Shown here in pieces: positions 8,478 through 17,968 of a stretch of 64,000 bases of DNA. The first letter of the stretch is position 1. Every line of letters begins with the position of its first letter. The stretch is taken from IMG/VR virus record IMGVR_UViG_3300028840_003224, positions 1-64,000 of that record. One strand, given 5' to 3'. This DNA is from an uncultured virus (IMG/VR IMGVR_UViG_3300028840_003224). Lineage: Duplodnaviria; Heunggongvirae; Uroviricota; Caudoviricetes. The position numbers were made by a program, and so were the translations under genes. The notes beneath the pieces were generated by a model. The model was not told the origin of the DNA. It worked only from the letters and a program-made list of their open reading frames with translations, and made no database searches.

Positions 8478-9650
8478 ATGAGACGAGCCGACATGATAGA
8501 CCGAGGGCGACGCTTTTCCAAAGCCGGAAGTAAGCCTAACACAATCACGATTACAAACACACAGTCCAATGTGGCTATAACACTGCGGGATGATAGTAAC
8601 CAACAGGCGTTGGAGTGGAAATGCACAGATGCCGCAACTGGTGTAACAGACGTCAGAACCTCGTCCACATCAGGAAGCATCACTATAACTTGGTCTTCAG
8701 CCCTAGGTGGCACGGCCACTTGTAAAGTACCGGTTGGTAACCAGACCCTTCTGTATTGTGTTTCTGACAGTGTGACGTCCGTCACCATGAAGAATTCTTC
8801 AAAGTGGTCAAACTTTGAGGATATTCGTCTGTTCAGCAACTACCCTTTTACAGAGTTTACTGGTTTGCAAGACTGGCCTAATCTGTGGCGGCTCGATGTT
8901 TCTGGTTCTGACGTGAACATACCGTCCTTTGACTGGCCGAGTATGGAATACCTATCAATCGCTGGTTCACTTTCAACAATAGCGGGTGGTTTCGTCCTCA
9001 GAGATTGGCCAAACCTAACCGATTTCATATGTTCGTACTCCAGAATGGAGCACATCACAATCCCAGCGACTTGGACGAAGTTACAGAATATAGATGTATC
9101 TTACAACAGGGAAATAAGTGGCCAAACTCTCACACTTTGTGATCTGCCTGAGTTGCTTGAACTAAAGGCTGGGTATAGCCAGTGGGAACATATAGACATT
9201 GGTTACGAATTGCCCAAGGTGGAAAATATAGACTTACAAGCTGGTGGTAACCCGACTGTACCAGAGTACGAATTAACAACAAGCCCAACGTGGGTCAATT
9301 TGAAAGCATTTTCAATTGGCGCGTATAGAATCCACACAATTCCCACGTACCCAGAGTGGGTAAGCATGGAACGGCTCACGCCTGTATCTAGTTGGTATTG
9401 CACAGATATAGTGGTACACCCAGAGTGGGTCAACTTTGATTACTTTGCTGGAAGACAGATGTCCTCACTCAAAGATGCCACTGTCATAGACCAGATATAT
9501 ATCAACATAGATGCGTCTGGTTCACAGAGTGGACCAACCAAAGCAATAGATTTGAGGTTGGCGGCTTATGCTGATGATGTAAACAGAAGCGCTGCCGCAA
9601 TAACAGCCAAGAACAATCTGATCGCTAAGGGTTGGACATTCTTGACATGA
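8478..9650 (+). CDS. Leucine-rich repeat protein 2
   Basis: WPNLxxLD/WxNL repeats; same termini as 7404-8459. Confidence 0.8.
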   Translation: MRRADMIDRGRRFSKAGSKPNTITITNTQSNVAITLRDDSNQQALEWKCTDAATGVTDVRTSSTSGSITITWSSALGGTATCKVPVGNQTLLYCVSDSVTSVTMKNSSKWSNFEDIRLFSNYPFTEFTGLQDWPNLWRLDVSGSDVNIPSFDWPSMEYLSIAGSLSTIAGGFVLRDWPNLTDFICSYSRMEHITIPATWTKLQNIDVSYNREISGQTLTLCDLPELLELKAGYSQWEHIDIGYELPKVENIDLQAGGNPTVPEYELTTSPTWVNLKAFSIGAYRIHTIPTYPEWVSMERLTPVSSWYCTDIVVHPEWVNFDYFAGRQMSSLKDATVIDQIYINIDASGSQSGPTKAIDLRLAAYADDVNRSAAAITAKNNLIAKGWTFLT

Positions 9651-9922
9651 TAGACATCCTAGGCGTATACATGATGTGGGGTATGGGCGTAGCCGTCCTG
9701 TCTTGTTTGTTCAGCGAGAGTAAGCTGTTCCACCCTGTCCGAGAGTTCCTGAACTTCGACCTACTTTACTGTCCAATCTGCCTGGGCTTCTGGCTGGCCG
9801 CTCCAGTGCTGTACCACGGAATGACCGCCTACTTGGCTACAATCGCCTGCTCAAACCTGTGGATGCTCATCATCCTGAAGGTATACCGAGAACTTGACGA
9901 ATCCACCGGAGAAGAAGAATGA
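9647..9922 (+). CDS. DUF1360-like membrane protein
   Basis: LFHPVRE...LLYCPICLGFWLA; three hydrophobic segments. Confidence 0.65.
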   Translation: MIDILGVYMMWGMGVAVLSCLFSESKLFHPVREFLNFDLLYCPICLGFWLAAPVLYHGMTAYLATIACSNLWMLIILKVYRELDESTGEEE

Positions 9923-10254
9923 AACGACTGCCGAGACGACTCAGAAAGCTTCAACGCCGAACGATGCGGAGGGCTCGCAAAGAGCTGGACTCTGGTAACC
10001 TGCACTACCGCGACTACGCGAAGGTGTTGGACGTTGTCGGCACCGAAGAGGGTGTTCGCCAGTTAGAGGCCAAGATCAAAGAAGCTCGTCTCAACCCGTA
10101 CGAAGGCCCTGATCGGCTGATGAGTTTGGGCTTCCGAGACATCTTCGCCAACCTTTGGGATTGGTTCAAGGCCAACTGGCCAGCCATCCTTGAGTTCATC
10201 ATCACAATCGCCCCGCTACTCTTACTGGAGCCCAACAAATATGAAGATTCCTAA
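9919..10254 (+). CDS. Hypothetical protein, basic N-terminus, hydrophobic C-terminus
   Basis: ATGA overlap; WDWFKANWPAILEFIITIAPLLLL. Confidence 0.75.
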   Translation: MKRLPRRLRKLQRRTMRRARKELDSGNLHYRDYAKVLDVVGTEEGVRQLEAKIKEARLNPYEGPDRLMSLGFRDIFANLWDWFKANWPAILEFIITIAPLLLLEPNKYEDS

Positions 10255-10687
10255 TCCATGGCCTCGCGTCACACTGCGACTCACGACCCGACCGGGCGAC
10301 AACGTAGTTGTCCTCTGCACCCGTGGCGAGCTGGAAGTCGACGACGACGTCTGTGAAGCCATCATCGAGCCGATCAAAGACCGTGGCCGGGGCAACTACG
10401 AAGTGTTGTGCCAGGGCAAGATCTGGTCGAAGCAGTGGGGCCTCCTGGAAGTCGAAGACCACATGAAGAAGGTCGACCTGGAGAAGCAGGAAGCGGAGCT
10501 GAAGGAACGGCAGAAGAAGGACGCCGAGCGACGAGTGCGTGACGCTAAGGAGCGTGGAGAAGCCAAGGCGAAGGCAGACAAGGCGAAGAAGGCTAAAGCA
10601 GCGAAGCCAGCGAAGCCAGCCAAGGTGGAAGACAAGCCCGCCGATATGGGCAAGCCCGCCGACATGGGCAAGGAACTCGAACTGTAG
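10241..10687 (+). CDS. Hypothetical protein with Lys/Ala-rich tail
   Basis: GGAG RBS; AKP and KPADMG repeats. Confidence 0.75.
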   Translation: MKIPNPWPRVTLRLTTRPGDNVVVLCTRGELEVDDDVCEAIIEPIKDRGRGNYEVLCQGKIWSKQWGLLEVEDHMKKVDLEKQEAELKERQKKDAERRVRDAKERGEAKAKADKAKKAKAAKPAKPAKVEDKPADMGKPADMGKELEL

Positions 10688-10695
10688 AGGATGTT

Positions 10696-12357
10696 ATGGG
10701 AGGTTTACTCGATGCTTTTGGTGAAGCACTCAACTCAGGACTGGTGTCTCGCACACTGACGTCTTGCAGCCGCTGGGTGGAGCACCGCAGAATCATGGGT
10801 GAACCTTTCCCCGGTCCTTACAGCTTCAAGTACCACCCTTGGTGCCGAGACATCCACGACTCGCAAGCGAGTTACAACAGCACGATGAAGGCAGCCCAGT
10901 TGGGGCTCACAGAGGTAGCAATCAACCTCGCCTTCTTCACAGTCGATGTGCTCAAGCGGGACGTACTTTACGTCCTGCCCACCGCATTGAACGCTAGTGA
11001 CTTCAGCAAGTCGCGGTTCAGCACCGCACTGATGAACAGCCCTTACCTGAAGGACTTATTTACAGACACAAACACGGTCGGCCTCAAGCAAGCTGGCGGC
11101 GTGAACCTCTATATCAGAGGCTCGCGCGGCGACAGCAACCTGAAGTCGATTCCGGTATCCGTGCTGGTGCTGGACGAAGCGGACGAAATGGATCAGAGAG
11201 CCATCTGGCTCGCCCTGGAGCGGCTGTCCGGTCAGCTCCACAAGACCGTCCACTCGCTGAGCACCCCGACGATCCCGCAGTTCGGCATCCACAAGCTGTT
11301 CCTGCAAGGCACCCAAGAGCACTTCTACTTCAAGTGCCCTCGGTGTGGAAGGCGAACCGAGTTCATCTTCCCTGAGTGCTTGGAGATCTGCGGCGAGACG
11401 ATCACCGACCCCGACGTGAAGCGATCCCACCTGAAGTGCAAGGAGTGCAAAGGGCGAATCGACCACGAAGAGAAGCCTGACTTCCTGAAGAAGGCCTTCT
11501 GGGAGAACACTGTACAAGTAGAAGAGGACCACCGCAGCTTCTACGTCAACCAGATGTACTCGTACACTGTGACGCCCGCCGAACTGGCACTGGCGCACTT
11601 TCGAGGCATCGGCGACGAAGCGGCCATGGTCGAGTTCTGGAACTCGAAGCTGGGGCTGCCGTACATCCCGGATGGCGGGCAGATCACCGAAGACGAGATC
11701 CAGACGGCAGTGCGCAACTATTTTAAGGCTAACCAGCGACCTCAGATCGGCACCGACAAGTGCATCGTGATGGGTGTCGACCAAGGTAAGCAGAATCACG
11801 TGGTTGTGGTCGAATACGAGCTGCACGGCTATTACGACGTCAACGCCACCGCCGAGGCCAAGATCCTGTGGGAAGGCAAGCTGCCGGGCGACGACTTCAA
11901 GCACCTCGACCCGCTGATGCGGGAGTGGCAAGTCAAGGCGTGCGTGATCGACGCGGACCCGCAGATCAACGACGCGCGGCGGTTCGCCCGACGGTTCCCA
12001 GGCTACGTCTACCTATGCCGATACCGGCGAGGTGTGACCGGCAAAGAGCTTCAGATAGCTGAAGAAGACAGCGGAGCCGCTCTCGTGACCGTGGATCGCA
12101 CGAACTGGCTGGACGCCTCGATGGGGCGGTTCCACTCAGACAGAGTAACCATCCCTGCCGACACCTCGTTGGAGTTCAAGGATCATCTGAAGGCCCTCGT
12201 GCGAACGTACGAGAAGGACGAGTTAGGAAACAGCAAGGCGGTCTATTTGAACAACGGGCCCGATCACTTTGCTCATGCATTCAATTATGCGGAGATAGCC
12301 CTGCCACTGGCGGCCAATATCGTTTCTGGCGGCGACATTGACGAGAAGGTATTATAA
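10696..12357 (+). CDS. terL: Terminase large subunit (lambda GpA-like)
   Basis: MKAAQLGLTE Walker A variant, LVLDEADEM Walker B, STPT, CxxC pairs, MGVDQG nuclease motif, DHFAHA. Confidence 0.93.
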   Translation: MGGLLDAFGEALNSGLVSRTLTSCSRWVEHRRIMGEPFPGPYSFKYHPWCRDIHDSQASYNSTMKAAQLGLTEVAINLAFFTVDVLKRDVLYVLPTALNASDFSKSRFSTALMNSPYLKDLFTDTNTVGLKQAGGVNLYIRGSRGDSNLKSIPVSVLVLDEADEMDQRAIWLALERLSGQLHKTVHSLSTPTIPQFGIHKLFLQGTQEHFYFKCPRCGRRTEFIFPECLEICGETITDPDVKRSHLKCKECKGRIDHEEKPDFLKKAFWENTVQVEEDHRSFYVNQMYSYTVTPAELALAHFRGIGDEAAMVEFWNSKLGLPYIPDGGQITEDEIQTAVRNYFKANQRPQIGTDKCIVMGVDQGKQNHVVVVEYELHGYYDVNATAEAKILWEGKLPGDDFKHLDPLMREWQVKACVIDADPQINDARRFARRFPGYVYLCRYRRGVTGKELQIAEEDSGAALVTVDRTNWLDASMGRFHSDRVTIPADTSLEFKDHLKALVRTYEKDELGNSKAVYLNNGPDHFAHAFNYAEIALPLAANIVSGGDIDEKVL

Positions 12358-12819
12358 ATGGCGGCAACTAAGGCACGAAGAGAACAACTCAACAAGCTGA
12401 AGTTGCTGGAAACAGCAGGCACAAAAGTCTGCTCCGGGTGCGACGAGATAAAACCCACCACTGAGTTTCACAAAGCGAAGGACGGTCGCAAGGGGCTGTG
12501 CAGCAGATGTAAAGTTTGCAACTGTAAAAGAGCACAGGAACACAGCAGCTCACAGGCTGGAAGGAATTGCAGACTGCAAAGGGCTTACGGGATGTCCTTA
12601 GAAGACTACTCCCTTCTTCTCGCCTCTCAAGGCGGAAAGTGCAAGATATGCGGCTCGGAAAAGCCAAAAGGAAGGTGGGCTCAGTTTCACGTAGATCACT
12701 GTCATAAGGATGGACATGTGCGTGGTATTTTGTGCAACCGTTGCAACACAATGTTAGGCATGGTAGACGATGACCCTGCTGCTCTGCGAGCCGCTCTCAA
12801 ATACTTAGAGGAAAACTGA
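12358..12819 (+). CDS. Endonuclease VII-type HNH nuclease
   Basis: QGGKCKIC...HVDHCHKDGHVRGILCNRCNTMLG. Confidence 0.9.
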   Translation: MAATKARREQLNKLKLLETAGTKVCSGCDEIKPTTEFHKAKDGRKGLCSRCKVCNCKRAQEHSSSQAGRNCRLQRAYGMSLEDYSLLLASQGGKCKICGSEKPKGRWAQFHVDHCHKDGHVRGILCNRCNTMLGMVDDDPAALRAALKYLEEN

Positions 12820-14651
12820 TGACACGCGACAGCAAATTTCTCACCTCCATCCGCCATCCCGAATACTTGGAAGACGAGCTGTACTGGTTTGATTGGCGTG
12901 ACACTTACAATGGTGGCCCTCGGTTTGTTCGTAAGAACCTGAAGCAGCACGACAGCGAGTCGAAGAAGGACTTCTACAACCGTCGCGACATCACTCCTAT
13001 CCCGTCGTACGCCAAAGCGGCTGTCAATGACGTCCGAAACAGTATTTTCCAGCGGCTCCGTGACGTGACCCGTCGCGGTGGCAGCGACAACTACATGCGA
13101 GCCACCGCTGGCGAGATTGGCGGCGTGGACAACAAAGGCAGCTCGATGCAGAGCTTCCTCGGCATCGACGTCTTGACCGAACTGTTGGTCATGGGTCGCT
13201 CCGGTGTCTACACTGACATGCCTCAACTGTCCGGACTCCGCACGATGGCGGACGAGGGAAACGCACGACCTTACTGCTACATGTACCGAGTGGAAGACAT
13301 TCTGTCCTGGGCAGTGGCCAAACCGGAAGAGCCCGGCGATTTCACCGCCGTTCTGCTGCGAGACCGTGGCGTAGACTACAACCAAGGCTTCGCCCACGGT
13401 GCTTACCTGCCCAGCGGCGGATACACGCGGTACCGCTTCATCTGGATCGACCCTGTCGACCGACAAGTCAAGATGAAGCTGATGGACGAAGAAGACAATC
13501 TGCTCGACCTGCAAGGCAACGAAATCAAGGGCGGCGATGGCATCATCCCGCTGGAACTGACTCGTATCCCGTTCACCATGCTCAACATCAGAGGGAGCCT
13601 GCTGAAGGACGTCTACAAGCATCAATCAGCACTCTTGAACCTCGGTTCTAGCGATGTCTCCTACGCACTCAAAGCAAACTTCCCGTTCTACATCGAGCAG
13701 ATCGACGCGCGGGCGGTTGGCGGTCACTTGAAGCGACACGTCAACGACGACGGGTCCACCGAAACATCCGACAACAGTGAGGCCGGTACGCAGGAACGCT
13801 CAGGCGTGACTCACGGTCGTACTTATGACTTAAAGGCAGAAGCACCCAGCTTCATTCACCCTAGTTCAGAACCGCTTTTGGCGTCCATAAAGCTTCAGGA
13901 GAAGATTGAGGACGATATTCGGAAGTTGGTAAACCTCGCTGTGCAGAACAAGATGGGCCAGCGGGCAATATCAGCAGAAGCCATGAAGCTGTCGGACCAG
14001 GGCCTAGAAGCTGGTCTTTCTTACATCGGCTTGGTCATGGAAAGTGCCGAGAGGCAGATCGCCGAGCATTGGGCAGCGTACGAGAGCAAGGACTACGACA
14101 AGCGGCAGATCGCCACCATCAAGTACCCTGACCGTTACAGCCTGAAGAACGACGAAGACCGGGTCAAGGAAGCCACAGCTCTGTCGGAACTCATGTACGC
14201 CGTTCCTGGAACGACCGTGAAGAAAGAACTGTCGAAGACCATCGTGACCGCTCTGCTGGCTGGCAGGGTGCCCACCGACACCATCGACACGATCTTCAAA
14301 GAGATCGACGAAGCGGGCTACACTACATCCGATCCAGAGACCATCATCCGGTTGGTGGAAGCTGGCCTATGCGGCGAAGAGACCGGCTCCGAGGCCACAG
14401 GCTTCGACGACGACGAATATAAGAAGGCTCGCGAGGATCACATTGATCGCGCGACCCGCATCATGGAAGCCCAGGAGAAGATCAGGGCTGACTCGGTGGA
14501 CAACGCGGCTGCACGCGGACTACCCGACGTCGACCCTGATAAGACTTCTGGCAAGACCGAACGAGACGAGGCAAACGACACCACCACCGAGGCCAAGAAG
14601 ACTGACAAGACTCGTGGTGATGGCAAAGACCTGAACAAAGAGGACCGATAA
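12819..14651 (+). CDS. Portal protein
   Basis: 610 aa after terminase; HPEY start, SAEAM motif, acidic tail. Confidence 0.8.
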   Translation: MTRDSKFLTSIRHPEYLEDELYWFDWRDTYNGGPRFVRKNLKQHDSESKKDFYNRRDITPIPSYAKAAVNDVRNSIFQRLRDVTRRGGSDNYMRATAGEIGGVDNKGSSMQSFLGIDVLTELLVMGRSGVYTDMPQLSGLRTMADEGNARPYCYMYRVEDILSWAVAKPEEPGDFTAVLLRDRGVDYNQGFAHGAYLPSGGYTRYRFIWIDPVDRQVKMKLMDEEDNLLDLQGNEIKGGDGIIPLELTRIPFTMLNIRGSLLKDVYKHQSALLNLGSSDVSYALKANFPFYIEQIDARAVGGHLKRHVNDDGSTETSDNSEAGTQERSGVTHGRTYDLKAEAPSFIHPSSEPLLASIKLQEKIEDDIRKLVNLAVQNKMGQRAISAEAMKLSDQGLEAGLSYIGLVMESAERQIAEHWAAYESKDYDKRQIATIKYPDRYSLKNDEDRVKEATALSELMYAVPGTTVKKELSKTIVTALLAGRVPTDTIDTIFKEIDEAGYTTSDPETIIRLVEAGLCGEETGSEATGFDDDEYKKAREDHIDRATRIMEAQEKIRADSVDNAAARGLPDVDPDKTSGKTERDEANDTTTEAKKTDKTRGDGKDLNKEDR

Positions 14652-14654
14652 CCG

Positions 14655-15191
14655 ATGGCATACTACGGAACGCTAACAGGCGCGAACGAATACTTCGACA
14701 ACATGCTCCACTCGGAGTCATGGGCCGACTCTAACCCAGTCGACCGCCCGAAGGCGTTGACGCAGGCCACTCAGCTAATCGACTCGCTGAACTACCGGGG
14801 AGTAAAGCACTCCGTGTGGTTGATCATGTACGACCAGACTGACCCGTTCTGCAAGCTCCTTGTCGACCCTCCAACGAGGGCGGCGAAGAACACCGCGAAC
14901 GTGGCTCAGCCACTGGAATTTCCCCGAGGTGCCGACACTTCGGTGCCACAAGAAATCGAATGGGCTTGCTACGAAATCGCATTTGCCCTTATCGAAGGTT
15001 TCGACCCTGAAGACGCCATGGAGCGCCTGAACATTATCAGACAGGGTTACTCTTCCGTGCGGACTACCTACGCCGACGGAAGCCAAAGCGTAGAATACCT
15101 TGGCTATGGTATTCCTACTGCACGCGTATGGCGATGGTTGAAGCCCCGCCTCGTGGACAGCAAGCTCATCAAACTCAGTAGGGCCGACTAA
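14655..15191 (+). CDS. Head-tail adaptor-like protein (DnaT-like family)
   Basis: YGTLTGANEYF...ALTQATQLID...QPLEFPR...VPQEIEWACYEIA. Confidence 0.7.
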   Translation: MAYYGTLTGANEYFDNMLHSESWADSNPVDRPKALTQATQLIDSLNYRGVKHSVWLIMYDQTDPFCKLLVDPPTRAAKNTANVAQPLEFPRGADTSVPQEIEWACYEIAFALIEGFDPEDAMERLNIIRQGYSSVRTTYADGSQSVEYLGYGIPTARVWRWLKPRLVDSKLIKLSRAD

Positions 15192-15208
15192 CGAAAGGTT
15201 AGGAATTT

Positions 15209-16018
15209 ATGAAGACTCTTTTCAATCACGTGAACATCTTGTGTTTTGACGGCGAAGGTGACGTGACTCCAGCGGACCCAGTAACTCCCGCAGCTCCTGA
15301 AGCTCCTGTGGTGACCGGCACGAATCCCGTGACGCCCGCTGGCGACGAGAAGAAATTCTCACAGGCCGACATAAACAAGATCCTTGCGGAAGACAAGCGC
15401 AAGCATCAAGAACGTTATGTCGCTCTCGAAGGCAGCTACAAAGACCTGCTGACGAACCAGAACCTCACCAAAGACGAACGCGACAGTCTGCAACAGCGAC
15501 TGGAAGACGTTCAGAAAGCCAACCGCACGAAAGACCAGCAAGCTGAGTTCGAGCGAAAGGCCGCCGAAGAGAAATACCAGAACGAGCTGAAGACCGCCAC
15601 AGCGCGAGCCGACCACTGGGAAAACCTGTTTAAGAAAGAGACCGTCTCGCGATCTCTGACTGACGCAGCCTCCAGTGCCGATGCGTACAACCCGCTGCAA
15701 GTTGTGACGATCCTCCAGCCGATGACCCAGTTGAAGGACATCGACGGGACATTGACCCCGATGGTCGACTTCCAAGACATCGACGAGAAGACGGGCGAGC
15801 CTGTCATCACTCTTCGCACCCCCGCCGACGCTGTGAAGCGTATGCAGGAGCTGCCGAAGATCCATGGCAACTTGTTCCGAAGCAATGTAGTCAGTGGCGT
15901 AGGCTCAGGCCAAGCCAGTGTCAGCAATGCTGGCGAAGTCGACTTCACCAATATGAGTGCCGCCGAGTACCGAAAGAATCGCCAAGCGATCAAGGACCGA
16001 ATGGCACAACAGAACTGA
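15209..16018 (+). CDS. Capsid scaffolding protein
   Basis: Pro-rich linker, FSQADINKIL, coiled coil, MSAAEYRK C-terminus; precedes capsid. Confidence 0.8.
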   Translation: MKTLFNHVNILCFDGEGDVTPADPVTPAAPEAPVVTGTNPVTPAGDEKKFSQADINKILAEDKRKHQERYVALEGSYKDLLTNQNLTKDERDSLQQRLEDVQKANRTKDQQAEFERKAAEEKYQNELKTATARADHWENLFKKETVSRSLTDAASSADAYNPLQVVTILQPMTQLKDIDGTLTPMVDFQDIDEKTGEPVITLRTPADAVKRMQELPKIHGNLFRSNVVSGVGSGQASVSNAGEVDFTNMSAAEYRKNRQAIKDRMAQQN

Positions 16019-16173
16019 TTAGCGTTTAGCTGTCTGGCTTGATTGTCCGCGCCTTCAAGTAGCAGACCTACCGGGAAGACCGGGTTCGCTTCACGAGTAC
16101 CAGGGACGTGAGGCTTGATTTACCTGGGAGTAATTCCAACAAACTTACTCATTTTCCATAAGGGAGTTCACTA

Positions 16174-17559
16174 ATGAACTTGTACCTCTGTTTCGCTAAC
16201 GACAACGACGCCTTGATCCCCGAACTGTGGGCCCAAGAATCCCTGGCAATCCTCGAAGAGAACATGGTGATGGCCAACTTGGTCCACCGTGATTTCAGCC
16301 CGTTGGTCGCCAGCTATGGTGACGTGGTCAACACCCGTCGACCCAGCGAGTTCTCGACCAAGCGTAAGGCTCAGTCGGACAGCGTTGTCAACCAGGACGC
16401 GATCAGCACCAACGTGCAGGTCCCGCTCAACCAACACGTCTACGTGACCTTCACGATCAAGGACGAAGAGGCTTCCTTGTCCTTCAAGGAATTGATCTCT
16501 TACTACATGGAACCCGCCGCGATGCAAATGGCTCGCACGGTAGACCGCATCCTGTGTGGTCAGGTCCATCGCTTCAACGCCAACGCCACTGGCCGTCTGG
16601 ATGAAATGTCCAGCTCGAACGCCAAGGATTGGATCTTGGAAACCCGTGAAGTCATGAACGTCAACAATGCGTATCCGACGGGTCGTAATTTGGTCGTGAG
16701 CCCTCAGGCTGAGACCGAAATGTTGAAGACCGAACTGTTCATCCAAGCCAACACGCGTGGCGACAATGGTACGGCTCTTGAGGAAGCACGACTCGGTCGC
16801 GTCCTCGGCTTCGACACTTACATGGACCAGAATGTCAACCATCGTCCTCTGTTGGACGGCGACACTCTGACCCTGAACCATGCTGCTGGCGCTAGCGCTG
16901 GCGACACGGGCAACAAAGCGGTCACCGCCTCCTCGGCAGTGACAGTCGGTTCGTTCGTATGGTTCACCGGCGAAGGTCAGCCTCACGAAGTGAAGGCTCT
17001 GACTGGTACCACGACTGGTATCACGCTGAACGATGCTTACAAGTATGCCGTCTCCGCGAATGCGGTTGGCTATGCTTGGGAACCCGCAGTGGTTGGCGCG
17101 ACGTACGCCGCTGGCTACGACAAGGGCATTACGCTCAACACCATCGCAGCTAACAAGCTGCCGCTCGTTGGCCAGATGATGGCTTTCGGTACGACCAATG
17201 GTGGCGACCGTCACGAGTACACGATCATCGAAGTTGACGCTGTGTCGACTACGAGTGTCATCGTTTGGCTCGACAAGCCCCTCACCGCCGCCGTCACCGC
17301 TGCGGACTTGGCCTTCCCAGGCCCGAGTGGCTCGATGTGCTTCGCGTTCCACCGTGACGCTTTGGCTCTGGTTAGCCGTCCTCTGGCGTTGCCTAGCAAC
17401 AGCCTGGGCGTGCAAGCTGCCGTTGGTAGCTTCAACAACCTCGCCATGCGAGTTGCGATGCAGTACGACATCTCCAGCCAGGGTACCATCGTGACCCTCG
17501 ACATGCTGTGTGGCGTGGCGACGCTGGATACCAACCTCGGTTGTGTTCTGTATGCGTGA
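16174..17559 (+). CDS. Major capsid protein (P22 coat-like, HK97 fold)
   Basis: IPELWA...NLVHRDF...GDVVN, LGFDTYMDQN, FAFHRDALALVSRPL, LDMLCGV. Confidence 0.92.
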   Translation: MNLYLCFANDNDALIPELWAQESLAILEENMVMANLVHRDFSPLVASYGDVVNTRRPSEFSTKRKAQSDSVVNQDAISTNVQVPLNQHVYVTFTIKDEEASLSFKELISYYMEPAAMQMARTVDRILCGQVHRFNANATGRLDEMSSSNAKDWILETREVMNVNNAYPTGRNLVVSPQAETEMLKTELFIQANTRGDNGTALEEARLGRVLGFDTYMDQNVNHRPLLDGDTLTLNHAAGASAGDTGNKAVTASSAVTVGSFVWFTGEGQPHEVKALTGTTTGITLNDAYKYAVSANAVGYAWEPAVVGATYAAGYDKGITLNTIAANKLPLVGQMMAFGTTNGGDRHEYTIIEVDAVSTTSVIVWLDKPLTAAVTAADLAFPGPSGSMCFAFHRDALALVSRPLALPSNSLGVQAAVGSFNNLAMRVAMQYDISSQGTIVTLDMLCGVATLDTNLGCVLYA

Positions 17560-17617
17560 GCAACCTCTGGGATAGTATCCCAGAGCCTACGCTGAGGTGA
17601 CTCGGCGTTTCTATAAC

Positions 17618-17663
17618 ACCTGGGAGGGTGTGTCTTGTAAACCGCCCTCCCAGGTTTTCTTTT
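17618..17663 (+). terminator. Intrinsic terminator after capsid
   Basis: ACCTGGGAGGG/CCCTCCCAGGT stem then TTTCTTTT. Confidence 0.8.
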
Positions 17664-17680
17664 CCACTCTGGAGACACTC

Positions 17681-17968
17681 ATGGCATACGCTGACCGCTT
17701 CTTTGCCGACGGCACAATCGAGCCCGCTGGATACGTTCAGTTGACCCCGGCTACAGCCCAGGGGATCAGCATCGGCGGCGGCAGAGTTGCCGTAATCCAA
17801 GCCCTAGACCAAAACATCAGAATTCGCGACGACGGTACCGACCCAACGACGACTACCGGACGCCGAATCCACGCTGGCGAGACCATTTTCTACACAGGAA
17901 ACCTCTCGTCCCTACGAATCATCGAAGAAGCCGCTTCCGCCGAAGTCAATATCCTGGTGTACAAATGA
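17681..17968 (+). CDS. Small virion-type protein
   Basis: GGAGA RBS; IRIRDDGTDPTTTTG. Confidence 0.75.
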   Translation: MAYADRFFADGTIEPAGYVQLTPATAQGISIGGGRVAVIQALDQNIRIRDDGTDPTTTTGRRIHAGETIFYTGNLSSLRIIEEAASAEVNILVYK

